Shown here piece by piece: positions 38,311-48,300 of a stretch of DNA of 64,000 nucleotides. This DNA is from Candidatus Xenobia bacterium (lineage in GTDB: Bacteria; Vulcanimicrobiota; Xenobia; Xenobiales; QWHO01). The notes under the pieces are model-generated. The model was not told the origin of the DNA and did no database searches. It worked only from the letters and a program-made list of their open reading frames with translations. The stretch lies in assembly GCA_045863235.1 (NCBI GenBank), contig BTUM01000025.1, positions 1 to 64,000 on the forward strand, read 5' to 3'. Position 1 is the stretch's first letter. Each line of letters begins with the position of its first letter. The position numbers and the translations under genes are program-made.

Positions 38311-40502
38311 GAGCCCTCTTGCTCATTCTCTGTCTTCTGGCGCCGGTCTGGGCCGAGCCCCGGCTGGTGTCGAGCGAGACGGAGCTGCGCGAGGCTCTCA
38401 GGACCTGTGACCACATCGTGGTGCTGCCCGGCCACTACCTCGGCCAGTTCGTGGTGGACCGGACCCTGGTGCTGGAAGGTCGGGACATGCCCGTGCTGGA
38501 CGGCGGCGGGAAGGGCACGGTTCTGACCGTGAACGCCCCCGACGTCACCGTGCGCGGCTTCGAGTTCCGAGGCAGCGGGGTGGAGCCCGAGCAAGACCAT
38601 TCCGGGGTCACCCTCAACGCCCCCCGCGCCCGGGTGGAGCGCAACCGCTTCCGAGAGGTGCTCTTCGGGGTGGTGGTGTCGCGCTCGGACCACTCGGTGG
38701 TGCGCGACAACGACATCCAGAGCAAGCCCGAGTTCGAGCTGGGTCGCAAGGGGGATGGCATCCGGGTCTGGTACAGCCAGGGCGTGGTGATCGAGGGCAA
38801 TCGAGCCCGCGACTGCCGCGACCTGGTGGCCTGGTACTCCTCCGACATCACCTTCCGCGGCAACCACGTATCCAATGGTCGCTATGGCGTGCACTTCATG
38901 TATTGCGATCGCAGCCGCGTGGAGGGCAACGTCCTGGAGGCCAACTCGGTGGGCATCTATACGATGTACTCGCGTCAGGTCGACCTCAAGGACAACCGAG
39001 TCACCGGGTGCCGCGGTGCCTCCGGCTATGCCCTGGGCTTCAAGGACGCCGACGACGTGGAGGCCACCGGTAACGTTCTGGTGGACAGCAAGGTGGGCCT
39101 GTTCCTGGATAGCACTCCCACCCTGCCCGGATCGTTCTTCCGGTTCACTGGCAACGTGCTGGCCTTCAACGACGCCGGAGTGGCCCTCTTCCCCTCGGTC
39201 AAGGGCGCTAAACTCTGCGGCAACTCGTTCAATGAGAATGCCGAGCAGGTGCGCCTGGAAGGGGGAGGCCAGCAGCAGGGGAACTCGTTCGAGGGCAACT
39301 ACTGGAGCGACTACACTGGCTGCGATCTGGACGGCGACGGGCGCGGCGACCAGCCTTATCGCTCTCAGAAGTTGTTCGAGAGCCTGGCGGCCCGCGATCC
39401 GAGCCTGCGTCTGTTTCAGGGCACCCTGGTGCAGATGGCGCTCGACAGCGCGGCGCGTCTTTTCCCGCTGGTGGCTCCTCAGCCCAAGCTGGAGGACCCC
39501 TCTCCCAGCCTGGCCCCCCCGGTGCTGCCCCCCCCGGCGCCGGTCCGTCCCACGATGCTGGGGTGGGCCTGGCCAGCCCTGACGCTGCTGGTTCTGGTCG
39601 CCCTGCGGATCAAAGTCCGACCCACCCTTCGTCCCAAAGGAGTACCGGCGATGAACGCGGTCCTGAAACTCGAGAAGGTCACCAAGAAGTTCGGCCGCCT
39701 GACGGCCGTAGATGGGGTGTCTCTGGAGGTCAAGCCGGGTCAGGCCGTGGCCCTGTGGGGCGCCAACGGAGCCGGGAAGACCACCCTGATGCGCTGCCTG
39801 CTGGGCCTGCTCTCCTGTGAGGGCAAGCTGCTCATCGGGGAGTTCGACGCCCAGCGTCAGGGAAAGAAGGCCCGGGCCCTGCTGGGCTACGTGCCCCAGG
39901 AGCTCAGCTTTCACGACGACCTGAGTGTGGCCGAGACTCTGGAGCTCTACGCCACCCTGCGCGGCGTGCGCGATCCCGGCCAGGCCCTGGCCCGGGTCGG
40001 GCTTGATCACTGTCCCGAGCGCAAGGTGGGTCAGCTTTCGGGGGGCATGAAGCAGAGGTTGGCGCTGGCTCTGGCCCTGCTGGGGGATCCGCCCCTGCTG
40101 CTGCTGGATGAGCCCACCTCCAACCTGGACCTGCAGGGTCGCCAGGAGCTCTTGCACCTGCTGGGCGAGCTGCGCAGCCAGGGAAAGACGATGCTCTTCA
40201 CCAGCCACCGGCTCGACGAGGTGCTGGCCCTGGCCGACCGGGTGGTGGTGCTCGAGCGCGGCAAGGTGACCCTGAGCGCGACGCCGGCCGAAATGGTGGG
40301 CCAGCAGGGTTGGCAGACGGTCATGAAGCTGCGCATGCCGTCCGAGAGCCTGGAGCAGGCACTGGAGCTCCTGGTCCGCTCCGGCTTTGCGGCCTCGCGC
40401 AACGGCACCGGGCTGTGGGTGGAGGTGCCCGGTGACCGCAAGGCTTCTCCTATCCAGACCCTGGCACGGGCAGGCATCGTGGTCACCGATTTCGAGATAT
40501 GA
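38307..40502 (+). CDS. nosD: NosD::NosF fusion (periplasmic beta-helix, TM helix, ABC ATPase)
   Basis: Signal peptide, GDGIRVWYS, RYGVHFMY, GNYWSDY..DLDGDG; TM helix; then GANGAGKT, LSGGMKQR, LLLDEP. No stop codon; internal SD and ATG at 39637-39653. Confidence 0.88.
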   Translation: MRALLLILCLLAPVWAEPRLVSSETELREALRTCDHIVVLPGHYLGQFVVDRTLVLEGRDMPVLDGGGKGTVLTVNAPDVTVRGFEFRGSGVEPEQDHSGVTLNAPRARVERNRFREVLFGVVVSRSDHSVVRDNDIQSKPEFELGRKGDGIRVWYSQGVVIEGNRARDCRDLVAWYSSDITFRGNHVSNGRYGVHFMYCDRSRVEGNVLEANSVGIYTMYSRQVDLKDNRVTGCRGASGYALGFKDADDVEATGNVLVDSKVGLFLDSTPTLPGSFFRFTGNVLAFNDAGVALFPSVKGAKLCGNSFNENAEQVRLEGGGQQQGNSFEGNYWSDYTGCDLDGDGRGDQPYRSQKLFESLAARDPSLRLFQGTLVQMALDSAARLFPLVAPQPKLEDPSPSLAPPVLPPPAPVRPTMLGWAWPALTLLVLVALRIKVRPTLRPKGVPAMNAVLKLEKVTKKFGRLTAVDGVSLEVKPGQAVALWGANGAGKTTLMRCLLGLLSCEGKLLIGEFDAQRQGKKARALLGYVPQELSFHDDLSVAETLELYATLRGVRDPGQALARVGLDHCPERKVGQLSGGMKQRLALALALLGDPPLLLLDEPTSNLDLQGRQELLHLLGELRSQGKTMLFTSHRLDEVLALADRVVVLERGKVTLSATPAEMVGQQGWQTVMKLRMPSESLEQALELLVRSGFAASRNGTGLWVEVPGDRKASPIQTLARAGIVVTDFEI

Positions 40503-40573
40503 GGTGGAGTGCTGGAGGACATTTCGCGCTGACGGACTTGCCCAACGGAGGGTCAACAGATGAGGAGACGGTC

Positions 40574-41404
40574 ATGGAAATGAGCATCGTGCTGGCCATC
40601 GCGGCCAAAGAGATCAAAGACGCCACCCGGAACCGCTGGTTCTGGCTCTACACGGCCGCCTTCGCTCTGCTCAGCTCGGCCCTGGCGGCGGCCGCGCTGC
40701 TCGGCTCAGGCTTTGGAGGGTTGGCCGGATTCGGGCGTACCACCGCCAGCATGATCAACCTGGTGCTGCTGATCGTGCCCTTGATGGGCCTGACCGCCGG
40801 CACCCTGAGCATGGCTGGCGAGCGCGAGCGCGGCACGCTGGCCTACCTGATGGCCCAGCCGGTGAGCCGATTCGAGGTCTTCTGGGGCAAGTTCGCCGGC
40901 CAGGTGGTGGCCCTGGTGAGCAGCCTGGTGCTCGGGTTCGCTCTCAGCGGCGGCCTGGTCGCCTGGCGGGGGGGCGCGGCCCAGAGCGCGCTCTATTTGA
41001 CCCTGCTGGCGCTCAGCGCCATGCTGGCGGTGGCCAGCCTGGGCCTGGGATTCTTGATCTCGGTGCTGGTGCGCCGCGCCTCGGCGGCCTTCGCGATCTC
41101 GGTGGTGACCTGGCTCGGCCTGGCCTTCCTGGCCGACCTGACCTTGCTGGGAATGGCCTCGGGGATGCGCCTGGGCGCCCAGCAGCTCTTTCACCTGAGC
41201 CTGCTCAACCCGCTGGAGGCCTTCCGGATGGCCAGCATCTTCTCGCTGCGCTCCAGCCTCGATTCGCTCGGTCCGGCCGGGCTGTATGCCACCCGCACTT
41301 ATGGCTCGGCCACCCTGGCCCTGTTCATTGGGGCGCTGGCACTCTGGGCCTGCCTGCCCGCCACCCTGTCTTACGCGGTGTTTCGACGCCGTAGCATCCT
41401 GTGA
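40574..41404 (+). CDS. nosY: ABC permease NosY
   Basis: KEIKDATRNRW, GERERGTLAYLMAQPVSR, LNPLEAFR; SD GAGGAG. Confidence 0.9.
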   Translation: MEMSIVLAIAAKEIKDATRNRWFWLYTAAFALLSSALAAAALLGSGFGGLAGFGRTTASMINLVLLIVPLMGLTAGTLSMAGERERGTLAYLMAQPVSRFEVFWGKFAGQVVALVSSLVLGFALSGGLVAWRGGAAQSALYLTLLALSAMLAVASLGLGFLISVLVRRASAAFAISVVTWLGLAFLADLTLLGMASGMRLGAQQLFHLSLLNPLEAFRMASIFSLRSSLDSLGPAGLYATRTYGSATLALFIGALALWACLPATLSYAVFRRRSIL

Positions 41405-41416
41405 GGTGAACGAGCC

Positions 41417-41845
41417 TTGAGAGAGCTGTTGTTGATCGCTTTGTTCTTGTCCGGGTGCGCGGCCGCCCCGGCCAACGGCCCGCCCGAGATTCGCTACGGG
41501 CAGGATGAATGCTCGCGCTGCCGCATGATCGTCGACCAGCCCCGATTCGCCGCTGCCACCCGGCTCGGTGAGGAGGTACGGGTGCTCGACGATCTGGGAG
41601 AGCTGTTCGAGCCCCCCGGCCTGCGGCCGGGTGAGCTGGCCTGGGTGCACGACGCCGAGAGCCAGCAGTGGATCGACGCTCGCTCGGCCTACTACGTCCG
41701 TTGTGAGGGGCTGAAAACCCCTATGGGATACCGATTTCTGGCGACCGGCTCGGCCCCCCAGGCCGAGCTTCTGGCCGCTCGCTATCGGGGAAGAATCCTC
41801 CGCTTCGAGCAAGCTCGGGCGGAAATCGAAGGAGAAAGCCAGTGA
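41417..41845 (+). CDS. nosL: Copper chaperone lipoprotein NosL
   Basis: Lipobox LSGC, DECSRCRMIVD, TPMG. Confidence 0.9.
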   Translation: MRELLLIALFLSGCAAAPANGPPEIRYGQDECSRCRMIVDQPRFAAATRLGEEVRVLDDLGELFEPPGLRPGELAWVHDAESQQWIDARSAYYVRCEGLKTPMGYRFLATGSAPQAELLAARYRGRILRFEQARAEIEGESQ

Positions 41846-42267
41846 AACAATCGCTCATCTTATCGCTGCTGGCCGCCTCATTGGCGGCGGCAGGGTGCTC
41901 GAGCCCACCAAGCTCGACCGACACCACCTCGACCCCGACCGCGACGGGCACCACCGCCGCGACCTCGACACCCGCTCCGGTGGCCAGGGCCGCCGATCCG
42001 GCCAAAGGCAAGACCGCCTACGACGGCACCTGCACCGCCTGTCACGGTCCCGACGGCAAGGGCGTCGAGGGGCTGGGCAAGCCGCTGGTGGGCAGCGCCA
42101 TGCTGGGGTTGAAAGATGAGGACCTGGTGGCTTTCATCGTCAAGGGCCGGCCTCCCACCGATACCGCCAACACCACCGGCATCGACATGCCGCCCCGGGG
42201 CGGCAACCCGGCTCTGACCGATCAGGACATCGCCGATGTCGTGGCCTATATGCGCACCTTGAAGTAG
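41842..42267 (+). CDS. Monoheme cytochrome c lipoprotein
   Basis: Lipobox AAGC, Thr/Pro linker, CTACH, MPP. Confidence 0.9.
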   Translation: MKQSLILSLLAASLAAAGCSSPPSSTDTTSTPTATGTTAATSTPAPVARAADPAKGKTAYDGTCTACHGPDGKGVEGLGKPLVGSAMLGLKDEDLVAFIVKGRPPTDTANTTGIDMPPRGGNPALTDQDIADVVAYMRTLK

Positions 42268-42543
42268 GTTGGTGGCCCGGCCGGGGGGGGCGGGCCGGCC
42301 GATCCATCGATAGCATCAAGTCCGAGTGCTCCAGTGGAAGCAGTCGGATACTTCCTGTTGTCCGCAGCAGGCCGTCCCGCGGGCAGTCCCCCAGGGCACG
42401 GTGAAGGAGCCCCACGTTGAACGTTTCAGGAATTGGCGCGGCGCCGTCCAGAAGATTCCCGCGCGTTCTGATTCTGAACAGGTCACCGCGTGAGAGTGTA
42501 GCAGGAGTTCTCCGTCTGGCAGATAACCGCTTTCCAATTTTGC

Positions 42544-43914
42544 TTGCCCGGGGGTGGTCGTACGTTGACTCCCACTAGCTGGCTGAGGCTGGTCGTGCTG
42601 GTGCTTGTGCTGCTCTCGTCGGCCCCGGCTCAGGAGAGCGTTCTGACCCTGGAGCAGGCCATTGATCTCGCTCTGCAGGGGAACCGCAAGATTCAGAGCG
42701 CTCGCCTGGCGGTGGAACGAAACGACCACCTGCTCCAGGCGGCTGAGGCCCAGCGACTGCCGAGTTTCAGCCTGCAGGCCAACCACCAGCGCCAGCTCGA
42801 AGACCAGAACTTCGTGTTCCAGCAGGGAAGCCTGGGTACCTACAGCATCGGGCCTATCCCCTCTCAGGACACGGTCGTGGCCGTTCTGAGCGGCTCGATC
42901 ACGACCTATCAGGCCCAGGTGGCCCAGCCTCTCACCGGTCTTTACAAGCTCAACCTGGGAGTGGACCTGCAGCAGGGCGAGCTGGAGGTGGCCCGGGAGG
43001 AGGAGCATCTCCAGCGGCTTCAGACCGTACTGGAGGTTCGCTCGGCCTACTACGCCCTGCTCGATACGCAGAGCGGCCTGGTGGCAGCCCGCGACGGGGT
43101 GGAGTTTCTCACCGAGCTCGAGCGGGTGATGGGCGAGTTCGTCCGCGAGAAGGTGGCTCTGAAGGCCGACCTGCTGGAGGTGCAGGCTCGTCGCCTGGAG
43201 GCCCAGGCCCAGGTGCTGCAGCTCGAGAACGCCCTCCAGACCCGGTGCGAGCAGCTCAATTTGTTGCTGGGTCGAGAGCTGGCCACGCGCTTTTCGGTCG
43301 TGGACCCGCTGGTGACTCGGAGGCCCTCCCCGCCGCTCGAGAGCCTGCAGCAGAAAGCCCTCTCGGGACGCCCCGAGTTGCGCCAGGCCGACATCCGCGT
43401 GCAGCAGGCCGAGCAGCAGCGGGACCTGAAGGCCGCCGACTGGATTCCCGATGTCAATCTGGCCTTTCAGTATCAGCGCTTCTCCGACAGCGGCATTCTT
43501 CCCGATCAGGTGATCTCGGTCGGCCTGCAGGCCGAGTGGGAGCCCTGGGACTGGGGCCGGCGAGGTCACCAGGCGGCCGCCCACAGCGCAGGCCTGGAGG
43601 CCGCGCGAAGATCCCAGGCCGAGGCTCGTGACCAGATCGTGCTGGAGGTCAACGCCAAATACCGCCAGTTGAGCGAGCTGCGGGCGGGAGAAGCCGCGGC
43701 TCGGGTGGCCCGCGAGGCCGCCGAGGAGCGGCTGCGCGTGGCCACCAGCCGCTTTCTGCTCAAGGCTGCCCTGCTCAAGGACGTGCTCGAGGCCCAGGCC
43801 CAGCTCTCCCGCGCTCAACGCGACTACCGCAAGGTGGTGCTCGACTGCGCCACCGCCGAGGCAGAGCTCGAGCGGGCCGTGGGCCAGCCGCTGGCCGAAG
43901 GGGGGGCTCCGTGA
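42544..43914 (+). CDS. TolC-family outer membrane efflux protein
   Basis: LTLEQAIDLAL, V..AYY, RPEL, coiled-coil repeats; start uncertain. Confidence 0.85.
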   Translation: MPGGGRTLTPTSWLRLVVLVLVLLSSAPAQESVLTLEQAIDLALQGNRKIQSARLAVERNDHLLQAAEAQRLPSFSLQANHQRQLEDQNFVFQQGSLGTYSIGPIPSQDTVVAVLSGSITTYQAQVAQPLTGLYKLNLGVDLQQGELEVAREEEHLQRLQTVLEVRSAYYALLDTQSGLVAARDGVEFLTELERVMGEFVREKVALKADLLEVQARRLEAQAQVLQLENALQTRCEQLNLLLGRELATRFSVVDPLVTRRPSPPLESLQQKALSGRPELRQADIRVQQAEQQRDLKAADWIPDVNLAFQYQRFSDSGILPDQVISVGLQAEWEPWDWGRRGHQAAAHSAGLEAARRSQAEARDQIVLEVNAKYRQLSELRAGEAAARVAREAAEERLRVATSRFLLKAALLKDVLEAQAQLSRAQRDYRKVVLDCATAEAELERAVGQPLAEGGAP

Positions 43915-45344
43915 GAAGAGTGCTCCTTTGTGCGCTGGCTCTCTGGCTCTGCGGTTGCTCGGGTCCGCCCCCTCCTCCCTCGGGCAAGGCCGCCACGCTG
44001 GTGCAGGTCGAGAAGCTCGAGGAGCGGGCCAGCACGGCCGGTGGGGAGCGCTACAGCGCCAGCGTCGAGCCTTCCACCCGGGTGGTGGTCAACTTCAACT
44101 CCGGGGGCTACGTGGAGAGCGTGCGCCGGGTGGGCGACCGCTTGATCCAGCCGGGCGATCCGGTGAAGAAGGGCGAGGTCCTGTGCAGCCTGCGAGCCGT
44201 CGACTTCTCCTCGCGGCTCGAGCAGGCCGGTGCTCAGGTGGGCCGGGCCGAGGCTCAGGAGCAGGACGCCCGGGCCCAGATCGAAGAGGCCCGGGGAGGC
44301 AGTCGCCTGGCCCGGGGACAGTTGACTGAAGCACGTGGGGCTGAATCTCAAGCCCGCTCAGCCCTGGGCGAGCTCGAGGCAACCCTGGCCCAGGCCCGCG
44401 AGGCCGTGCGTGAGGCGCGCGCTGCCACCGAGCTGGCCCGAACCAACCTGGAGCGCTCTCAGAGCCTGTTCGAGTCGGGCTCGCTGGTCAAGCCGGAGCT
44501 CGACCAGGCCCGTTTCAATCACCAGCAGGCCAGCGTGCGCCTGGCTCAAGCCGAGGAGCAGCTCAAGGGGGCGCAGTCGCGACTGGCCCAGGGGAGGGCC
44601 CAGGTCGAGCAGGCTCGGGGCCGGGTGGAGCAAGCCTCCGGACAGGTGGAGGTGAGCCTGGCCAGGGAAAAGCGCTCGACGGCCGGAGTCCAGGCGGCCA
44701 GCTCCGATCTCGAGTCGGCCCGGGCCCAGTGGGAGCAGACCCGCCTGGCCCAGATGGATGCCTCGCTCAAAGCTCCGATGGACGGTGTCCTCCTGAGCCG
44801 CAGCGTGGAGGTGGGAGCCCTGGTGGCGCCTGGCGCGCCGGGCTTTGAGGTGGCCGAGGTGAGCCAGGTGCGCGTCACGTTCGGGGTTCCCGACCTGGAG
44901 GTGGCCGAGCTCAAGCTCGGACAGAGCGTCACCATCGGCACGCAGTCGCTGCCCGGAGAGAAATTCCAGGGGCGGGTCAGCACCATCTACCCCGAGGCCG
45001 ATCCGCAGAGCCGGGTGTTTCGAGTCGAGGTCAAGGTGAGCAATCCGGACCAGAAGCTGAAGGTGGGCATGATCGCTTCGCTCTACCTGGGCGGCGGTGC
45101 TCAGAGCGTTCTCACCATCCCCATCGCGGCCATCGTCCGCCGGCCGGACGCAAGAGACAAGTTCTCGGTCTACGTGCTCGAGCGTCAGGGTGGGCGAAGC
45201 ATCGCCCGTCTGCGGCCGGTGGAGCTCGGCGATCCGACCGGCGACCGCATGATCGTGGTCTCGGGCCTGAAGCCCGGGGATGAGGTGATCGCCGCCGGCT
45301 CCAACATGATCTCCGATGGCGAAGAGGTCACGGTGCAGCCCTGA
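43911..45344 (+). CDS. RND periplasmic adaptor (MFP) with long coiled coil
   Basis: Lipobox LCGC, GDPVKKGEVL, LKAPMDG, GLKPGDEV. Confidence 0.88.
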   Translation: MRRVLLCALALWLCGCSGPPPPPSGKAATLVQVEKLEERASTAGGERYSASVEPSTRVVVNFNSGGYVESVRRVGDRLIQPGDPVKKGEVLCSLRAVDFSSRLEQAGAQVGRAEAQEQDARAQIEEARGGSRLARGQLTEARGAESQARSALGELEATLAQAREAVREARAATELARTNLERSQSLFESGSLVKPELDQARFNHQQASVRLAQAEEQLKGAQSRLAQGRAQVEQARGRVEQASGQVEVSLAREKRSTAGVQAASSDLESARAQWEQTRLAQMDASLKAPMDGVLLSRSVEVGALVAPGAPGFEVAEVSQVRVTFGVPDLEVAELKLGQSVTIGTQSLPGEKFQGRVSTIYPEADPQSRVFRVEVKVSNPDQKLKVGMIASLYLGGGAQSVLTIPIAAIVRRPDARDKFSVYVLERQGGRSIARLRPVELGDPTGDRMIVVSGLKPGDEVIAAGSNMISDGEEVTVQP

Positions 45345-48300
45345 TGAGCCACGGCCGCTCCGACGAAGAGCTCATCGCAAGCACCCACAACTCCTCGCGC
45401 TTTTTTGTCGAGCAGCGACAGATCGCCTGGGTGCTGCTGATCTTCACCATTCTTGGAGGGCTCTACGGCTTCCGGGCCATGCCTCAGCGCAAGGACCCGG
45501 ACATCCCGGTGCGGCGGGCCGTGGCCCTGATCCCCTGGCCCGGCAACTCGGCCGAGCGAGTGGAGCAGCTCGTGACCAGGCCGGTCGAGGAGGCGGTCTC
45601 CCAGAACACCTACGTGACCGAAGTCGAGTCTATCTCGCGCACCAATCTCAGCATCGTCTACCTCGATCTCGACGAGAACCTCGAGGATACTGGCAAGCAG
45701 TTCGATGACGTCAAGATGAAGCTCGAGGGGGTGCAGCTCCCGGCCGGGGCGGGCCCGATCCAGTTCGTCAAAGACTTCGGGGATACGGCCGCCCTGATGC
45801 TGACCGTGGCCAGCCCCCCCCTCTCCGACCAGGAGATCGAGCTGCGCTCTCAGGCCATCGAGCGGGCCATCCGCGAGCATCGGGGCAAGGCCGCTGCCGA
45901 CCCGGCCCGCTTCACGCTGGTGGCCTGCTTCCCCGAGTCGACCGACGAGCGCCTGCTCGCCCTGGTGGTGGCCGACTTCCTCTCCTTCACCCGCGAGCGT
46001 GGGGTGGCCAGCGACCTGAGCGTCTTCGGCGGGCCGGGCTACGTGGCCGTGGATGGTCGTTCCAAACTGTCTGACGAGGCGCTGCTTGGCCATCTGCTCA
46101 CCTTTACCCAGGAGCGGCTCAAGCTCGAGGAGCTGCACCCCGACCTCTGGGAGGCGGCCGTGATCCGCACGCCCTCCGAGACGCGCGAGAAGCTGGCTCT
46201 GGTGGCGGGAGACAAGTACAGCTATCGCGAGCTCGACCAGCTGACCGAGGCCCTGGCTGACCGGCTGCGCACCGTTCCCGATGCCACCAAGGTGGAGCGC
46301 GCCGGGGTGCTCGAGGAGCGCATCTTTCTGGTCTACAGCCAGGAGCGCCTGGCCAGTTACGGCATGAGCGTGGCCGGCCTGGCTGACCTGCTCGGCGCGC
46401 GCAACATCGCAACCGGTGGGGGAGAGACCCAGAGCGGGGGCAGCGTGGTTCCCCTGGCTCCCTCCGGTGAGTTCCGCAGCGAGAAAGAGATCGGCGACGT
46501 GGCCATCGCCCAGGAGAAGGGCTCCCCCGTCTACCTGCGCGACCTGGTCAGCATCGATCGCTCCTACGAAAGCCCGGCCACCTACCTCAACTTCCTCACC
46601 TGGCGTGACGACAAGGGTGTGTGGCACCGCAATCGGGCCATCACGCTCACGGTGCAGATGCGGCCCGGCAAGAAGATCGGCGACTTCGGCCGCGAGGTGG
46701 ACGAGGTGCTCGCGGCCGCCAGCCGCGAGCTTCCCCCTGACCTGATCATCCGGCGCACCTCCGATCAGCCGCTTCAGGTAACCGAGAACATCAGCCTCTT
46801 CATGCGCTGCCTGCTGGAGGCCATCGCGCTGGTGGTGCTGATCAGCCTGGTGGGGTTCTGGGAGTGGCGCTCGGCCCTGGTCATGGCCCTGGCCATCCCC
46901 ATCACCCTGGCCATGACGTTTCTTTTCATGGCGGTCTGCGGCATCGACCTGCAGCAGGTCTCCATCGCCGCTCTGATCCTGGCTCTGGGGCTCCTGGTGG
47001 ACGACCCGGTGGTGGCCGGGGACGCCATCAAGAACGAGCTGGGACGAGGGCATCCCCAGGCCATCGCCGCCTGGCTGGGCCCCACCCGCCTCGCCACGGC
47101 CATCCTCTATGCCACCATCACCAACATCGTGGCCTATCTCCCCTTCCTGCTCTTGAGCGGCGACACGGGGCGGTTTTTGTACAGCCTGCCGGTGGTCATC
47201 ACCTGCTCGCTGGTCGCCTCGCGGCTGGTCTCCATGACCTTCATCCCTCTGCTGGGCTACTACTTGTTGCGCCCCACCCGCGAGCTTCCCGTGCACCAGC
47301 GTCGGGAGCACGGCTACGCCCGGGTCTACTACCGGGTGGCCCGCTGGTGCGTCACCCACCGCTGGCGGGTGATGGCCCTCTCGGGCCTGCTGCTGGCCCT
47401 GGGCGCAGGTCTCTTCTTGCAGCTCGAGACCCAGTTCTTCCCCAAGGACCTGCAGTATCTGTCCTATCTCGAGCTGCGACTGCCCATGGACCGCACCCTG
47501 GTCAGCACCAACCGCGAGGCCCTCCAGGCCGAGCAGCTGGTGCGGGAGGCGGCCAGCGAGCTGGAGGCTCGCCTGGGACGCAAGGTGCTCAAGAACATGA
47601 CCACTTTCCTGGGAGGAGGGGGCCCGCGCTTCTGGTTCTCGGTGGAGCCCGAGCTCAAGCAGCTCTACTATGCCCAGATCATCATTGAGGTCGAGGACAA
47701 GCGCGATACCGTGCCGCTTCTGGAGGCCGTCAGCGCCCGCACCGACCGGGCTTTCCCCGGGGTGCAGGTGGATGCGCGCCAGCTCGAGACCGGCAAGCCC
47801 ATCGGTGTGCCGGTAGCCCTGCGTCTCACCGGCCAGGACCTGCACCAGCTGCGCGCTGCCGCCGAGCAGCTCAAGAGCCTGCTCAGAAAGTGCCCCCTGG
47901 CCACCCGGGTGCGCGACGACTGGGGCGAGGAGGGGATGGTGCTCGAGGTCGTGACCGATTCCGACCGGGCCAACCTGGCCGGGGTGACCCATCTGGACGT
48001 GGCCCAGTCTACCGCCGCTGCCCTGAGCGGCACTCCGGTCACGGTGCTGCGCGAGGGGGACCGCCAGATCCCGGTGGTGGCCCGGATGCGGATGGACGAG
48101 CGGGCCCAGCTGTCCGACCTTCGTAACCTGTACGTCTATTCCAGCCAGGGTCAGCAGAAGGTGCGGCTCGGCCAGGTGGCTCTGGTCGAGCTCAAGCTCG
48201 AGCCCCAGATGGTCCGCCGGCGGCGCTTCGCGCGGGCCCTGACGGTGGGGGCCTTTCCGATAGCCGGCCACCTGCCTTCCGAGATCATCCGGGCCATCGA

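Noticed and set aside
42423..42445. TTTCAG upstream of tolC as a fifth shared-promoter site
   Set aside because: No -10-like hexamer 10 nt downstream.
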